Of a stretch of 64,000 nt of DNA, positions 40,702 to 50,714 are shown piece by piece. Origin of the DNA: an uncultured Gammaproteobacteria bacterium (GTDB lineage Bacteria; Patescibacteriota; Patescibacteriia; Magasanikbacterales; GWA2-37-8). Below the pieces are notes generated by a model. It was given only the letters and a program-made list of their open reading frames with translations, did not search any database and was not told where the DNA came from. Made by a program: the position numbers and the translations under genes. The DNA is taken from contig CAZBWU010000005.1 of the NCBI GenBank assembly GCA_964496095.1, positions 19,704 to 83,703 on the forward strand, in the 5' to 3' direction. The stretch's first letter is position 1. Each line of letters starts with the position of its first letter.

Positions 40702-41846
40702 CCCTGTTAAATCCGACTAAGGTCGGTCTGCCGCAAGGCAGGAAATAATCAAGTTAAGCTGGAACCACTTTCTGCATAACTTCGTTAGGGGTTTTATACC
40801 CCAAACACTTCCGTGGTCTGTTATTCAATTTTTCCTGTATCTCATAAATATCTCTATCAGTCAGTTTGTCCAAGTCTGTGCTTCTAGGTAAGTAGTGTCG
40901 TATTAACTTATTAGCATTCTCAACCCCTCCCTTTTGCCACGAGGCAAAAGGATCACAGAAGTATGTTGTAATACCATACTCTTTTTGTATCTCCATATGT
41001 TTGGCACCTTCGGTGCCATTATCAAAGGTAATGGTTTTAAACAATTCACCTGGCAATGATTCGATACTTCTGATTAAAGCATACTTAGTCTCTTCAGCGG
41101 TCTTGTTTATCACCTTATGTATTCGTATTAGTTTAGACTTTCTCTCTGATTGGACTGACAAGATGTTCTTTTGTTTAGAGAAGATAACACTGTCACTTTC
41201 CCAATCGCCATACCTTATTCTAGCACCAACGACCTCTGGTCGTTGGTGAATGGATTTTCGCTCAGGTATGCGTAATTTACCGCTTTTTCTAGTATGCTTT
41301 TTCTGTCTTTTTGTCTTACCTTGCCTTAGGTATTTGTATAACCCTTCATACCGACCGTCCTTGTTATATATGTAATGATAGATACTTTCATGGCTGATGG
41401 TTTGTTTATGACCACTCTCCTTCAAATTACCGGCAATCACATTTGTTTATGACCACTCTCCTTCAACTTACCGGCAATTACATCTGGACTCCATTCTTTT
41501 ACCAACCCCTCAATCACTGTTTGTTTTAACTGTGGGTATTTATCTAACTTACCTCTACGTTGTTTGTGTTGTCTTCTTTCAAACATCCACTGTGCTGTAT
41601 CGGCTCGGTATCTCTTTCTATCACCACTACCATTTTTAGTGATTTCTTTGCTCAACGCACCGTGAGTTCTCCTCATTATTTTGGCTATATCTCGAAGGCT
41701 CATCTTAGTTCTAAGCCAATATTCCAGCATCTGTCTCTCGTAAAACCTAAAGTCATTTGACATATGTACCACCTTTATGGATAAAGCCGTATTTTACCAT
41801 TAGGGTGGTTCTAGTAGTTTAGATTATTGCCAGAATTTAACAGGGT
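40702..41846 (-). mobile_element. IS30-family insertion sequence (about 1.15 kb) with 12-bp terminal inverted repeats ACCCTGTTAAAT / ATTTAACAGGGT
   Basis: IRs at 40702-40713 and 41835-41846 bracket an IS30-type transposase (N-terminal HTH, C-terminal DDE with the ...WQKGGVENANKLIR... block). Confidence 0.75.
40754..41772 (-). pseudogene. IS30-family transposase split into two ORFs (41437-41772 and 40754-41440) by a 41-bp tandem duplication
   Basis: Imperfect direct duplication TTGTTTATGACCACTCTCCTTCAA(A/C)TTACCGGCAAT(C/T)ACAT at 41402-41442 and 41443-41483. The peptide IAGKLKESGHKQ is encoded at the end of the upstream ORF and again at the start of the downstream ORF. Confidence 0.75.
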
Positions 41847-41981
41847 TGACCAATTCTTTGTTTTGTACTAGAATTACCCCAATTATATTCTTATTAACTA
41901 ATAAATCCCGATTTTGCTTTGGCAAAGTCGAGGATCCACGACTTTTTCTCGTAAAAAAGTCGGGACTAATCATTTAAGCGT

Positions 41982-42584
41982 ATGACACATCCTTCCAAAG
42001 AAAGAACATTTGTCATCATCAAACCTGACGGCGTTCAACGTGGTCTAGTTGGTGAAATTTTGAAACGCATTGAGCGAGTAGGTTTGAAGGTTAGCGCTCT
42101 CAAAATGGTAGTGCCTACTGAAGAACAATGCTGGACACACTATAACAAAGATGAAGCCTGGTTTTTGAAAAAAGGCGAGCGCACTATTAATGATCGTACC
42201 GCTGCCGGGTTAGTAGTAGACAAAGAACCAATAGAATATGGTAAAGACATTGTCCGTGCTTTGGTAAAATTTATGACTTCTGGACCGGTAGTAGCAATGG
42301 TTTTATCTGGCAATCAAGCCGTAGGAATCATTCAAAAATTAGTTGGTGGCACTGAGCCTCTTACTTCTGATGTTGGTACTATTCGCGGTGATTTTACTTT
42401 GGATTCATACGCTCTCTCCGGTCAAGATGAAAGAGCTGTTAGAAACCTGATCCACTCTTCTGATAAGCCAGAAGAAGCGGAAAGAGAAATAAAAATTTGG
42501 TTCAAACCGGAAGAAATTATCGGCTATCGCCAGTTGAATGAAGAAATTCTCTACGATGTAAATTTGGATGGAATCTTAGAATAA
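41982..42584 (+). CDS. ndk: nucleoside diphosphate kinase (long form with insertions)
   Basis: ERTFVIIKPDGVQRGLVGEIL N-terminus. NLIHSSD active-site His motif. Confidence 0.8.
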   Translation: MTHPSKERTFVIIKPDGVQRGLVGEILKRIERVGLKVSALKMVVPTEEQCWTHYNKDEAWFLKKGERTINDRTAAGLVVDKEPIEYGKDIVRALVKFMTSGPVVAMVLSGNQAVGIIQKLVGGTEPLTSDVGTIRGDFTLDSYALSGQDERAVRNLIHSSDKPEEAEREIKIWFKPEEIIGYRQLNEEILYDVNLDGILE

Positions 42585-42609
42585 AAAATTATTTAAATTA
42601 TCAACAAGA

Positions 42610-42633
42610 TTGCCCTAAGTAGGGCTTTTTTGT
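42610..42633 (+). terminator. rho-independent terminator after ndk
   Basis: GCCCTAAGTAGGGC hairpin followed by TTTTTTG. Confidence 0.55.
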
Positions 42634-42676
42634 TCGTTGATTTTTGATAGGAATAAATATATAATTAAGCGGGCGG

Positions 42677-42777
42677 TGTCATTCCGACCGAAGTGGAGGA
42701 ATCCCTTAAACACGGTATTTGCAATTACATAGTTTAAGGGATCCCTCGACTCGGGAAAAGCCTCGCTCGGGATGACA
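42677..42777. repeat. MITE-like palindromic repeat, copy E (inverted orientation, variant core)
   Basis: TGTCATTCCGACCGAAG...GGAGGAATCCCTTAAAC...GTTTAAGGGATCCCTCG...CTCGGGATGACA. Ends 23 nt before the gpsA ATG. Confidence 0.7.
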
Positions 42778-42800
42778 GATGAAAACATTAAATAATTCAT

Positions 42801-43802
42801 ATGTCAAAAAAAGAACAAGTAGCAATTCTGGGAGCGGGCAATATGGGCACGGCCTTGGCGCAGGTGGTTGCTTCTAATGGCTTTGTCGTTAAGCTTTGGA
42901 ATCACGCCGGAGATTTGGAGCCATTACAGCAAATTACAGAGACTAGAGAAAATCAAAAATATCTTCCTGGCATAAAATTATCTGCTAATATAGAGAGTGA
43001 GGCGGATATTGAAAAGGCGCTTTTTGGGGCAGATGTGGTATTTGTAGTTGTACCGAGTGTGTTTGTACAAAAGATTATTAAAAGTGGAGCGTCGTATATT
43101 TCTAAAAAAGCAATTTGTGTGGATGTTTCCAAGGGCTTGGATTTTACAGATAAATCTTATGCGCTTACAACTGATGTCTTGCAAAAATTATTGCCAAAAA
43201 ATAAAATCGCTTCTATTTCCGGTCCGGCTATTGCTGGACAGATGGCCTTGGGTAAGTTTACCGCCATGAATGTTGTTTCAAAAGATAAAAACGTCATTAA
43301 GGTTATTAAAAAAATAATAGAAAATAAAAACTTAAGATTGATACCGACTAGCGACATAATAGGAGTAGAAACATCTGGGTCTTTCAAAAATGTCTATGCC
43401 ATTGCCTTGGGTATGTGTGATGGTATGCAAATTACAACTAATACCAAAGCAGTGCTATTTACAGTTGCTTTGCGCGAGATGGCGCAACTGGTTAAAAAAA
43501 TGGGTGGCAAATCTGAAACAGTCTATGGTTTGGCTGGGCTGGGTGATTTGTTTGGTACTGGACTGGCCACAGTTAGTCGTAATCGAAAATTTGGTGAGTT
43601 TGTCGGTAGCGGTCTAAACACCGAACATGCTTTGGCTAAAGTCGGACAAGTGGTAGAAGGCGTGCCGGCCACCAAAGCTTTGCACCATTTGTCTAAAAAA
43701 TTTAAATTAAAAATGCCGTTAGCTAGTTTGGTTTATAAAATTGTTTATGAACAATCTAATCCTCAGGCAGAAATAGAAGACTTTTTAAATAATTTAGAGT
43801 AA
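42801..43802 (+). CDS. gpsA: NAD(P)H-dependent glycerol-3-phosphate dehydrogenase
   Basis: VAILGAGNMGTALA Rossmann N-terminus. GpsA-type C-terminal domain. Confidence 0.85.
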   Translation: MSKKEQVAILGAGNMGTALAQVVASNGFVVKLWNHAGDLEPLQQITETRENQKYLPGIKLSANIESEADIEKALFGADVVFVVVPSVFVQKIIKSGASYISKKAICVDVSKGLDFTDKSYALTTDVLQKLLPKNKIASISGPAIAGQMALGKFTAMNVVSKDKNVIKVIKKIIENKNLRLIPTSDIIGVETSGSFKNVYAIALGMCDGMQITTNTKAVLFTVALREMAQLVKKMGGKSETVYGLAGLGDLFGTGLATVSRNRKFGEFVGSGLNTEHALAKVGQVVEGVPATKALHHLSKKFKLKMPLASLVYKIVYEQSNPQAEIEDFLNNLE

Positions 43803-43823
43803 GTACGTTATTTATATAACCTC

Positions 43824-45560
43824 ATGCCTCAACATAAAGACAAAGATACTGACAAATCACTTCGTATAATTTCTGTTCTAACTTTGCTAGGGGCTTTTAT
43901 TATAATCGGCCGTCTTTTTGTATTGCAGATTTTTGATCATTCATATTATACAGCCATGGCGCTTAGTAATCATGAGATCTATAAGCAGCTTTATCCGCAT
44001 CGGGGCAGTATTTTTTTGCAAGACACTCGTACGAGTGGCAAAGAATATCCGGTTGCCGTTAATCGTGAGTATTATTCTTTGTATGCTGTACCTCGGGATG
44101 TGCCAGATGACCAGGTTGGCGCTATAGCTGATTTTATTTCCAAAATGCTTGGTTATTCGGATGTAGAAAAAACCAATTTGATTGCCAAACTTTCAAAGAA
44201 AAATGATCCGTACGAACCGATTGCCAAAAAAATTTCAGATGAATTTAAAGATAAAATAGACGCGCAAAAATTTGTTGGTATCTATACTACTGGTCAAGAA
44301 TTTCGCTATTATCCAGAGGCGAGTCTGGCAGCCAGTGTTTTGGGTTTTACAAGTCAGAACGAAAAAGGGCAATTGGTAGGTCGTTATGGTATAGAAGGTT
44401 TTTTGGATAATGTGTTGACTGGTCGTAGTGGTTTTTTGGCGGGAGAGAAAGGAGCTCTTGGAAGCATTATTCCGATGGCGGACAGGACAGTTAAGCAAGC
44501 CGAAGATGGAGCGAATTTACTTTTGACCATAGATAGAAATTTACAATACAAAGCCTGTGAAAGATTAAGGCAGGGCTTTGATCAGTATCAAGCCAAGAGT
44601 GCCTCTCTAATTTTGATGGATCCAAAAACCGGCGCCATTTTGGCTATGTGTAGTTTACCGGATTTTAACCCCAATGATTTGTCTGGTGTTAAAGATGTCA
44701 GTGTTTTTAATAATACAAATATTTTTACTGCCTATGAGCCTGGTTCGGTTTTCAAACCGATTACGATGGCGACTGGTTTAGATTTGGGTTTGGTTTCACC
44801 ATTTACCACCTATATTGATACTGGTGAGAAAATAATTAAAGGCAGTAAACCTATTCATAATGCCCTGAATAAAGTTTATGGTCTGGCGACGATGACAAAT
44901 GTTTTGGAAAATTCTATCAATACCGGCATGATTTTTGTGGTAGAAAAAATTGGCAGAGAAACGTTTAAAGAGTATGTAGAAAAATTTGGGTTTGGACAGA
45001 AAACGGGAATTAATTTGGACACTGAAGTATCTGGTGAGATTGATTCGCTTAGCAAAAAATCTCCAATTTATATAGCTAATGGTTCTTTTGGTCAAGGTTT
45101 AACGGCGACGCCTTTACAGGTGGCAACAGCGTATGCGGGTTTAGCAAATGGAGGAAAAATGCCAACACCCTTTATAGTGGATGAAATTCGCCATGTTAAT
45201 GGCCAAATAGACAAAACCGAACCGGAAACTAAGCTTGTAATTTCTCCAAATACTGCTAAACTTATCACAGCTATGTTAATTTCAGTGGTAGAGAAAACAT
45301 ATCATAAAGCAGTTGGTTTGAAAGATTATTATATTGCTGGCAAAACTGGCACTGCCCAAATCGCATCTAAAGGTGGTTATGATGCCGATAAAACTAATCA
45401 TACTTTTGTTGGATTTTTTCCAGCCACAGATCCGAAATTCGTCCTACTAGTAAAATACGAAGAGCCACAACGAAACTGGGCAGAATCAACCGCTGCGCCG
45501 GTCTTCAAAGATGTTGCGCAGTTTGTTTTGGAATATCGAGGTGTTCCTGGAGATAAATAA
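43824..45560 (+). CDS. ftsI: class B penicillin-binding protein (transpeptidase; FtsI/PBP2-like)
   Basis: N-terminal TM anchor and dimerisation domain. SxxK (SVFK), SxN (SIN), KTG (KTGTA). Assigned ftsI rather than mrdA only because of the nearby murF. Confidence 0.8.
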   Translation: MPQHKDKDTDKSLRIISVLTLLGAFIIIGRLFVLQIFDHSYYTAMALSNHEIYKQLYPHRGSIFLQDTRTSGKEYPVAVNREYYSLYAVPRDVPDDQVGAIADFISKMLGYSDVEKTNLIAKLSKKNDPYEPIAKKISDEFKDKIDAQKFVGIYTTGQEFRYYPEASLAASVLGFTSQNEKGQLVGRYGIEGFLDNVLTGRSGFLAGEKGALGSIIPMADRTVKQAEDGANLLLTIDRNLQYKACERLRQGFDQYQAKSASLILMDPKTGAILAMCSLPDFNPNDLSGVKDVSVFNNTNIFTAYEPGSVFKPITMATGLDLGLVSPFTTYIDTGEKIIKGSKPIHNALNKVYGLATMTNVLENSINTGMIFVVEKIGRETFKEYVEKFGFGQKTGINLDTEVSGEIDSLSKKSPIYIANGSFGQGLTATPLQVATAYAGLANGGKMPTPFIVDEIRHVNGQIDKTEPETKLVISPNTAKLITAMLISVVEKTYHKAVGLKDYYIAGKTGTAQIASKGGYDADKTNHTFVGFFPATDPKFVLLVKYEEPQRNWAESTAAPVFKDVAQFVLEYRGVPGDK

Positions 45561-45583
45561 TTTTTTATTTTTATTTAAGTCAT

Positions 45584-46657
45584 ATGGAAAATTTAGAGTC
45601 AAGCCAAGCCCAAGATGTAATAGAGCCCGAGGTTAAGGTGTCGGTGCAAAAACCACAAAAAACTTGGATAATTATTTTGGTTCTGCTATTTCTAGGAGTT
45701 GTTGGCGCAGGTAGTGTCTTGGCTTATAATAAATATACGGATTCCGTAGAAACTAAAATAAAAAAATCCTTTGCAAAAATGTCAGAAATTAACTCATTTG
45801 TCTATGAAGGATCGGTTAACCTTGATGTTTCCAAGTCAGAGTATAAAAATTATCTAAATACAGGCGATGGTAGTGTAAATAATGTTGAAATCAGTTTTAG
45901 CGGAGCGCAAGAAAATTTTGGCAAAGCCAATGAAAAAAATAAGTTCTCTTTTTTAATTAAAACCTTGCCAGGGGATAGTGGCATGTCTCTTGGGTTTGAT
46001 ACGATTTTGCAAGATAAAAGATTTTACGCTAGGTTATCTGGCACCAAAAATTTGCCACTTGATGTTGGTCAGTATAAAGACAAATGGATAAAAGTAGATT
46101 TAGACAATTATTTAGATGCGCTAGGATTAAAAACTGCTGTTTTAGCCACGGGGACGACCTCTGGTAATATCGAAACCTTAGATGACATTAACAATAAAAA
46201 AGTTGAAGAAATGATTTTAAGTGCTGACTTATTAAAGGTAAATAATAAATCCACCCGAAAAATCGATGGTCTCTCATATATTGTTTATAACGTTACGGTT
46301 CAAAAAGAAAATCTAAAAAAATTAGTTTTAGATATTTTTGTGTTTGAAAATAAACGCATTACCGAAAAGCAGTTGGCTTCATTTGAAAAGGGTATGGAGT
46401 CGGTTAAAGATGTCACTGGAGAAATTTGGATTGGTAAAAAAGACAGTCTCATTTATAAGTTAAATTTTAATATAACTGGTAACGACGGATCCAAAGCATT
46501 GTTTAGACTATCCTTTAAAGATTTTGATAATAAAATGGTGATAGATGAACCTGCCAACTTCATTCCTTTGGAAGAATTACTTAAAGAGTTATTTAGTGGC
46601 TTAGGCTTGTCGTCTACCTCCTCAGCATCTCTATTTAATCCTGGCAGTAATTTATAA
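45584..46657 (+). CDS. hypothetical membrane-anchored exported protein (paralog 1 of a tandem pair)
   Basis: N-terminal TM. Shares a conserved C-terminal block with the next ORF (GEIWIGKKDSLIYKLNFNITGN vs GQIWIGKKDGYPYRLSMNIIGN). Confidence 0.45.
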   Translation: MENLESSQAQDVIEPEVKVSVQKPQKTWIIILVLLFLGVVGAGSVLAYNKYTDSVETKIKKSFAKMSEINSFVYEGSVNLDVSKSEYKNYLNTGDGSVNNVEISFSGAQENFGKANEKNKFSFLIKTLPGDSGMSLGFDTILQDKRFYARLSGTKNLPLDVGQYKDKWIKVDLDNYLDALGLKTAVLATGTTSGNIETLDDINNKKVEEMILSADLLKVNNKSTRKIDGLSYIVYNVTVQKENLKKLVLDIFVFENKRITEKQLASFEKGMESVKDVTGEIWIGKKDSLIYKLNFNITGNDGSKALFRLSFKDFDNKMVIDEPANFIPLEELLKELFSGLGLSSTSSASLFNPGSNL

Positions 46658-46689
46658 TATAAATTTTAAATAATTCATAACACGAAAAT

Positions 46690-47709
46690 ATGTTGCGTAA
46701 AATTTTATCTATGCGGAGTTTAGTTTTTTTATTTGTGGCGACTGGAGTTTTAGTTGGTACGAGTGCGCAAGCTCTTGTTATGACTCGTGAGCAGAAAGTT
46801 TGGACTGCTCTGTCAAAATTAGAAGAAATCCAATCTGTTTCATTTGATGGATCGGTCAATTATTTTGGCAAAGTGAATACAAAATATAAAGACCTTTTGT
46901 TGGAGACTGTTCCCAGTAAAAAATCTGTTGCTAACTATGAAAGTTTAACAGTTGAGTTTAAAGGAGGCAGGCAAACTTTTACACCCACAGAGAGCCAATC
47001 TTGGGTTGCTTTTTCTGCTAGATCTGCCGATAAGAAGGCGCCAGCTATGGGTATAGAACTAAGATCAGTGGGTGGCAATAACTTTGCGGCTCTAACCACT
47101 CTCGATAATATGCCTGCAGGTGTAGACACCTACAAGTACATATGGGTCAAATTAGATTTTAAATCCCTATTAAAGGGCTTTGACCTTGATGCTATATTAG
47201 ATAAGGAATCCGTAGCACAAGATATATATAATAAAGAGGAGCTCAAAAATACCAGGGACTTGATTTTAAAATCAAAAATTCTAAACATTAGAAGCGTTTC
47301 TGTAAAAAAATTAAACGGCCTTTCATTTGATGTTTATAATTTTTCTGTTAATCAGAAGAATTTAAAAAACCTCATCGCCGTCAGCATGGCTTTAAACGGT
47401 CGGATGCTTGCTACGCAAGAGCTTGCTACATTAAACAAAGAAATGACAGATGCCAAATCTGTTTCAGGACAGATCTGGATTGGCAAAAAAGACGGCTACC
47501 CATATCGTTTAAGCATGAATATAATTGGTAATCAGCCCAAAGAAAAAACATCTATAAATTTAAACTTTAAAAACTTTAATCAGCCCGTCACTGTCTCTGA
47601 ACCAACTTCATATATCACTACACAAGAATTGATGAATAAACTTTTTCCTGGCTTGTCTCAGTTCTTAACTAATACCAGCACCACTACGACTGTGCCGGCA
47701 ATGTGGTAA
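46690..47709 (+). CDS. hypothetical exported protein (paralog 2 of the tandem pair)
   Basis: Signal peptide. Paralogous to 45584-46657. Confidence 0.45.
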   Translation: MLRKILSMRSLVFLFVATGVLVGTSAQALVMTREQKVWTALSKLEEIQSVSFDGSVNYFGKVNTKYKDLLLETVPSKKSVANYESLTVEFKGGRQTFTPTESQSWVAFSARSADKKAPAMGIELRSVGGNNFAALTTLDNMPAGVDTYKYIWVKLDFKSLLKGFDLDAILDKESVAQDIYNKEELKNTRDLILKSKILNIRSVSVKKLNGLSFDVYNFSVNQKNLKNLIAVSMALNGRMLATQELATLNKEMTDAKSVSGQIWIGKKDGYPYRLSMNIIGNQPKEKTSINLNFKNFNQPVTVSEPTSYITTQELMNKLFPGLSQFLTNTSTTTTVPAMW

Positions 47710-49016
47710 ATAAAGTAATTATGTTAAAAAATCTTATCCAAACAATTATTAGAGATTTGGCCAAAAGAATCTTGGCCAAGTATAAACCCGATGTGATTGG
47801 TATTACGGGTTCGGTTGGTAAGACTTCCAGCAAAGAAGCCATTGCTTATGTTTTGCAGAGTAAATTTTCTGTGCGTCGCACTCTCAAAAATTATAACAAT
47901 GAAATTGGTCTGCCCCTCACAATTTTCGGCATAGAAAAATCTCCAGGGAAATCAATTCTTGGTTGGTTGGGAGTAATTTGGAAAGCCAAAAAATTACTTT
48001 TAGCTAGAGATAATAATTATCCGGAAGTTTTGGTTTTAGAAATGGGTGCTGATAAGCCAGGGGATATAGAGTATCTAACCGAGATTGCGCCGTGTAAAGT
48101 CGGCGTGCTGACTTTTATTTCTCACGCTCATACTGAATTTTTCAAAACCATTAAAAAAATCTCACAAGAAAAAAGAATTATTATCTCTCATCTTAAACAG
48201 GATGGTTTTGCCGTGATGAATTTTGACAATGAAATGGTTATGCAAAATATCGGTGCGACCAAAGCCGAAGTTCTTACCTATGGTTTCAAAGACGGGGCTG
48301 ATTTGCGAGCAACAGATGTAAACCTAATCAAAGACGCTCAGACCGGCTGGCCATCAGGCTTGAATTTTAAAGTTCTATACAAAGGCAATGTGGTGCCGGT
48401 ATTTTTGCCAGGTGTAATTTCTAAGTCTTCTATTTCGGCAGCTTTAGCCGGGTTGGCTGTTGGTACTATTTTTGGGGTAAATCTGGTAGAGGGGTCTCAA
48501 GCGCTTAGTAAGTTACAGCGTCTTCCTGGCCGTATGCGCCTCATTGAGGGTGTTAAGCACACGCTGGTGGTAGATGACTCGTATAGTTCTAGTCCAGAGG
48601 CAGCCAAGACCGCTCTAGAGGCTCTAGTGCAGATTGAGGTCAGACCGGAGTCTCGTCGTTATGCGGTTTTGGGTGATATGTTAGAGTTAGGTACAGAGAC
48701 CGAAAACGCCCATCGTGAGCTCGGTTTTAAAGTCGCTGAATTAGGGCTTGATTTTCTTATTACTGTCGGCGAGGCGGCCAAGCATATTGCTCAAGCTGCC
48801 AAAGAAGCGGGGATGGAAGAAAATAAGATCGCCTCTTTTGCTAACGGTGGTGAAGCGGGCAGATTTTTGCAAGAAAAAATAAAAGAGGGGGATTTAGTTC
48901 TTGTTAAAGGTTCTCAAGGTATTCGTTTAGAGAGAGTGGTTAAAGAAATAATGGCCGAACCTTTGCAAGCTTCCAACCTTTTGTGTCGTCAAGAACAGTC
49001 TTGGCTTGAAAAATAA
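47703..49016 (+). CDS. murF: UDP-N-acetylmuramoyl-tripeptide--D-alanyl-D-alanine ligase
   Basis: Mur ligase P-loop IGITGSVGKTSSKE. Middle and C-terminal Mur ligase domains. MurF-like N-terminus. Confidence 0.8.
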   Translation: MVNKVIMLKNLIQTIIRDLAKRILAKYKPDVIGITGSVGKTSSKEAIAYVLQSKFSVRRTLKNYNNEIGLPLTIFGIEKSPGKSILGWLGVIWKAKKLLLARDNNYPEVLVLEMGADKPGDIEYLTEIAPCKVGVLTFISHAHTEFFKTIKKISQEKRIIISHLKQDGFAVMNFDNEMVMQNIGATKAEVLTYGFKDGADLRATDVNLIKDAQTGWPSGLNFKVLYKGNVVPVFLPGVISKSSISAALAGLAVGTIFGVNLVEGSQALSKLQRLPGRMRLIEGVKHTLVVDDSYSSSPEAAKTALEALVQIEVRPESRRYAVLGDMLELGTETENAHRELGFKVAELGLDFLITVGEAAKHIAQAAKEAGMEENKIASFANGGEAGRFLQEKIKEGDLVLVKGSQGIRLERVVKEIMAEPLQASNLLCRQEQSWLEK

Positions 49017-49021
49017 TAAGT

Positions 49022-49894
49022 ATGCCAGAATTACCAGAGGTAGAAACGATTAGACAAGATTTGATTAAAGTTCTTGTTGGGAGAAGGATTGTTGATGTTG
49101 AAATTATAAATAAAAAAGCAATCAAAAGTAGTCCGACAAGTTTTAAAAAATTATTACTAAATAAAAAAATAAAAAACATAGATCGGATTGGCAAGCTCAT
49201 GATGATAGATTTGGAAGGTAAAGATTTTTTGTTAGTACACTTAAAGATGACCGGTCAGTTAATCTATCGTCGCAAAGATAAGATTATAGAAGGAGGCCAC
49301 AGTCTGTCAGTTGCGCTCACTCGAGATTTTCCGCCAAAGTATACTTGGGTGATTTGGAGTTTTGATGATGGCGCCAAACTTTGTTTTAGTGATATGCGCA
49401 AGTTTGGTTATCTCAAAATTGTTGATGCTAGAGCTAAAGATAAAATTGTAGCGAAGTATGGTCCAGAACCGTTAACCAAAAATTTTACCTATCTTAATTT
49501 TATTAAGGCTTTAGGCAAAAGAACGGCACCGATAAAATCATTATTACTTAATCAAGCGCTGATTGCGGGGATTGGTAATATCTATGCTGATGAAGCTTGT
49601 TTTGAAGCCAAAATATTTCCGGGCACGCCCGCCAACAAATTAACTGAACCAGAAAAGAAAAATTTGTTTACGGCTATAAATTTTATTCTCAAAAAAGCAA
49701 TCAAACATAAGGGAACTACTTTTAAAGATTATCTTAGTCCGCATGGTAAAAAAGGAAACTTCTCGGATTTCTTGCAAGTCTATAAAAGGGATAAGCAGAA
49801 ATGTTTCCGTTGTGAGAAGGGTGTTATTGCCAACAAAAAAATCGGCGGTCGCAGTTCTCGGTATTGTCCGGTGTGTCAAAAAATGTTAAAGTAG
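49022..49894 (+). CDS. mutM: formamidopyrimidine-DNA glycosylase
   Basis: MPELPEVE catalytic N-terminus (Pro2, Glu3). H2TH. C-terminal CxxC...CxxC zinc finger. Confidence 0.85.
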   Translation: MPELPEVETIRQDLIKVLVGRRIVDVEIINKKAIKSSPTSFKKLLLNKKIKNIDRIGKLMMIDLEGKDFLLVHLKMTGQLIYRRKDKIIEGGHSLSVALTRDFPPKYTWVIWSFDDGAKLCFSDMRKFGYLKIVDARAKDKIVAKYGPEPLTKNFTYLNFIKALGKRTAPIKSLLLNQALIAGIGNIYADEACFEAKIFPGTPANKLTEPEKKNLFTAINFILKKAIKHKGTTFKDYLSPHGKKGNFSDFLQVYKRDKQKCFRCEKGVIANKKIGGRSSRYCPVCQKMLK

Positions 49895-49929
49895 ATTCAG
49901 AAATAAAATAAATAACTTTAGTTTGATTT

Positions 49930-50700
49930 ATGGCTGAACGTCAATTAAAACGGGGCTTTAGAGATTTACAAGAGATACACTTAAAGAACGCAAGAGATTT
50001 AACTTTAAATCCTGAAGAAAGTGAGAGGTATGCTTGTTTAGATACTGGATTAGAGAAGTATGAAAAAGATCTATTGGAAGGTAATCGTTTAATGGATTTT
50101 GTTGAACAGGCCTTTAATAAAGACAAAAAAGATCAGCCAGTGCGTATTCTTGATTATGGTTGTGGGCATAACGTAGCGTTACGAGAATTAGTAGCAGATA
50201 ATAATAATCCCGAAATTAAAATTGAGGCAACAGGAGTAAGTGCTGGCGATCCTCGAACTCTAGAAGAAAAGGAAGTTGATGAAAGTTGTAATATAAAGTT
50301 CATTGATCAGACAGGTATTTTTCTCAAACTTCCGATAAATACATATGATATAATTATAAGTAGGTTTGCTTTTTTTCATTTGCCAAATCCGTTAGAAACA
50401 CTTCGGACCTTGTATAAATCTCTTAAGATTGGTGGAATTATGCGAATTCATCTTAGAACATATACAGGGGCAGGATTAGCAGATAAGTTTTTTAATGATA
50501 AAGTTAGTCAAGAAGATGCAAGTAAAATTGAAGACAGGTTGATTAATGATTTAAAAAAATCAGGTATCGATTTAGAGTTAAACGGTCGAATATTATCAGT
50601 TAAAAAAAATGATGTGAATATGAGGTTCCCAAACGTGGGTTTATCTACTTCCTTCACAGATGGTCTTAAAAAGACTGGCGTGTATGTTTATAAAGACTAG
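49930..50700 (+). CDS. SAM-dependent methyltransferase-like protein
   Basis: Motif I ILDYGCGHN. Otherwise uncharacterised. Confidence 0.5.
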   Translation: MAERQLKRGFRDLQEIHLKNARDLTLNPEESERYACLDTGLEKYEKDLLEGNRLMDFVEQAFNKDKKDQPVRILDYGCGHNVALRELVADNNNPEIKIEATGVSAGDPRTLEEKEVDESCNIKFIDQTGIFLKLPINTYDIIISRFAFFHLPNPLETLRTLYKSLKIGGIMRIHLRTYTGAGLADKFFNDKVSQEDASKIEDRLINDLKKSGIDLELNGRILSVKKNDVNMRFPNVGLSTSFTDGLKKTGVYVYKD

Positions 50701-50714
50701 GGTTATAATGATTT

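Noticed and set aside
41402-41483. Programmed ribosomal frameshift in the IS transposase
   Set aside because: The element is IS30-family, which has a single ORF, not IS3-type. The break coincides exactly with a 41-bp tandem duplication, so it is a mutation rather than a recoding site.
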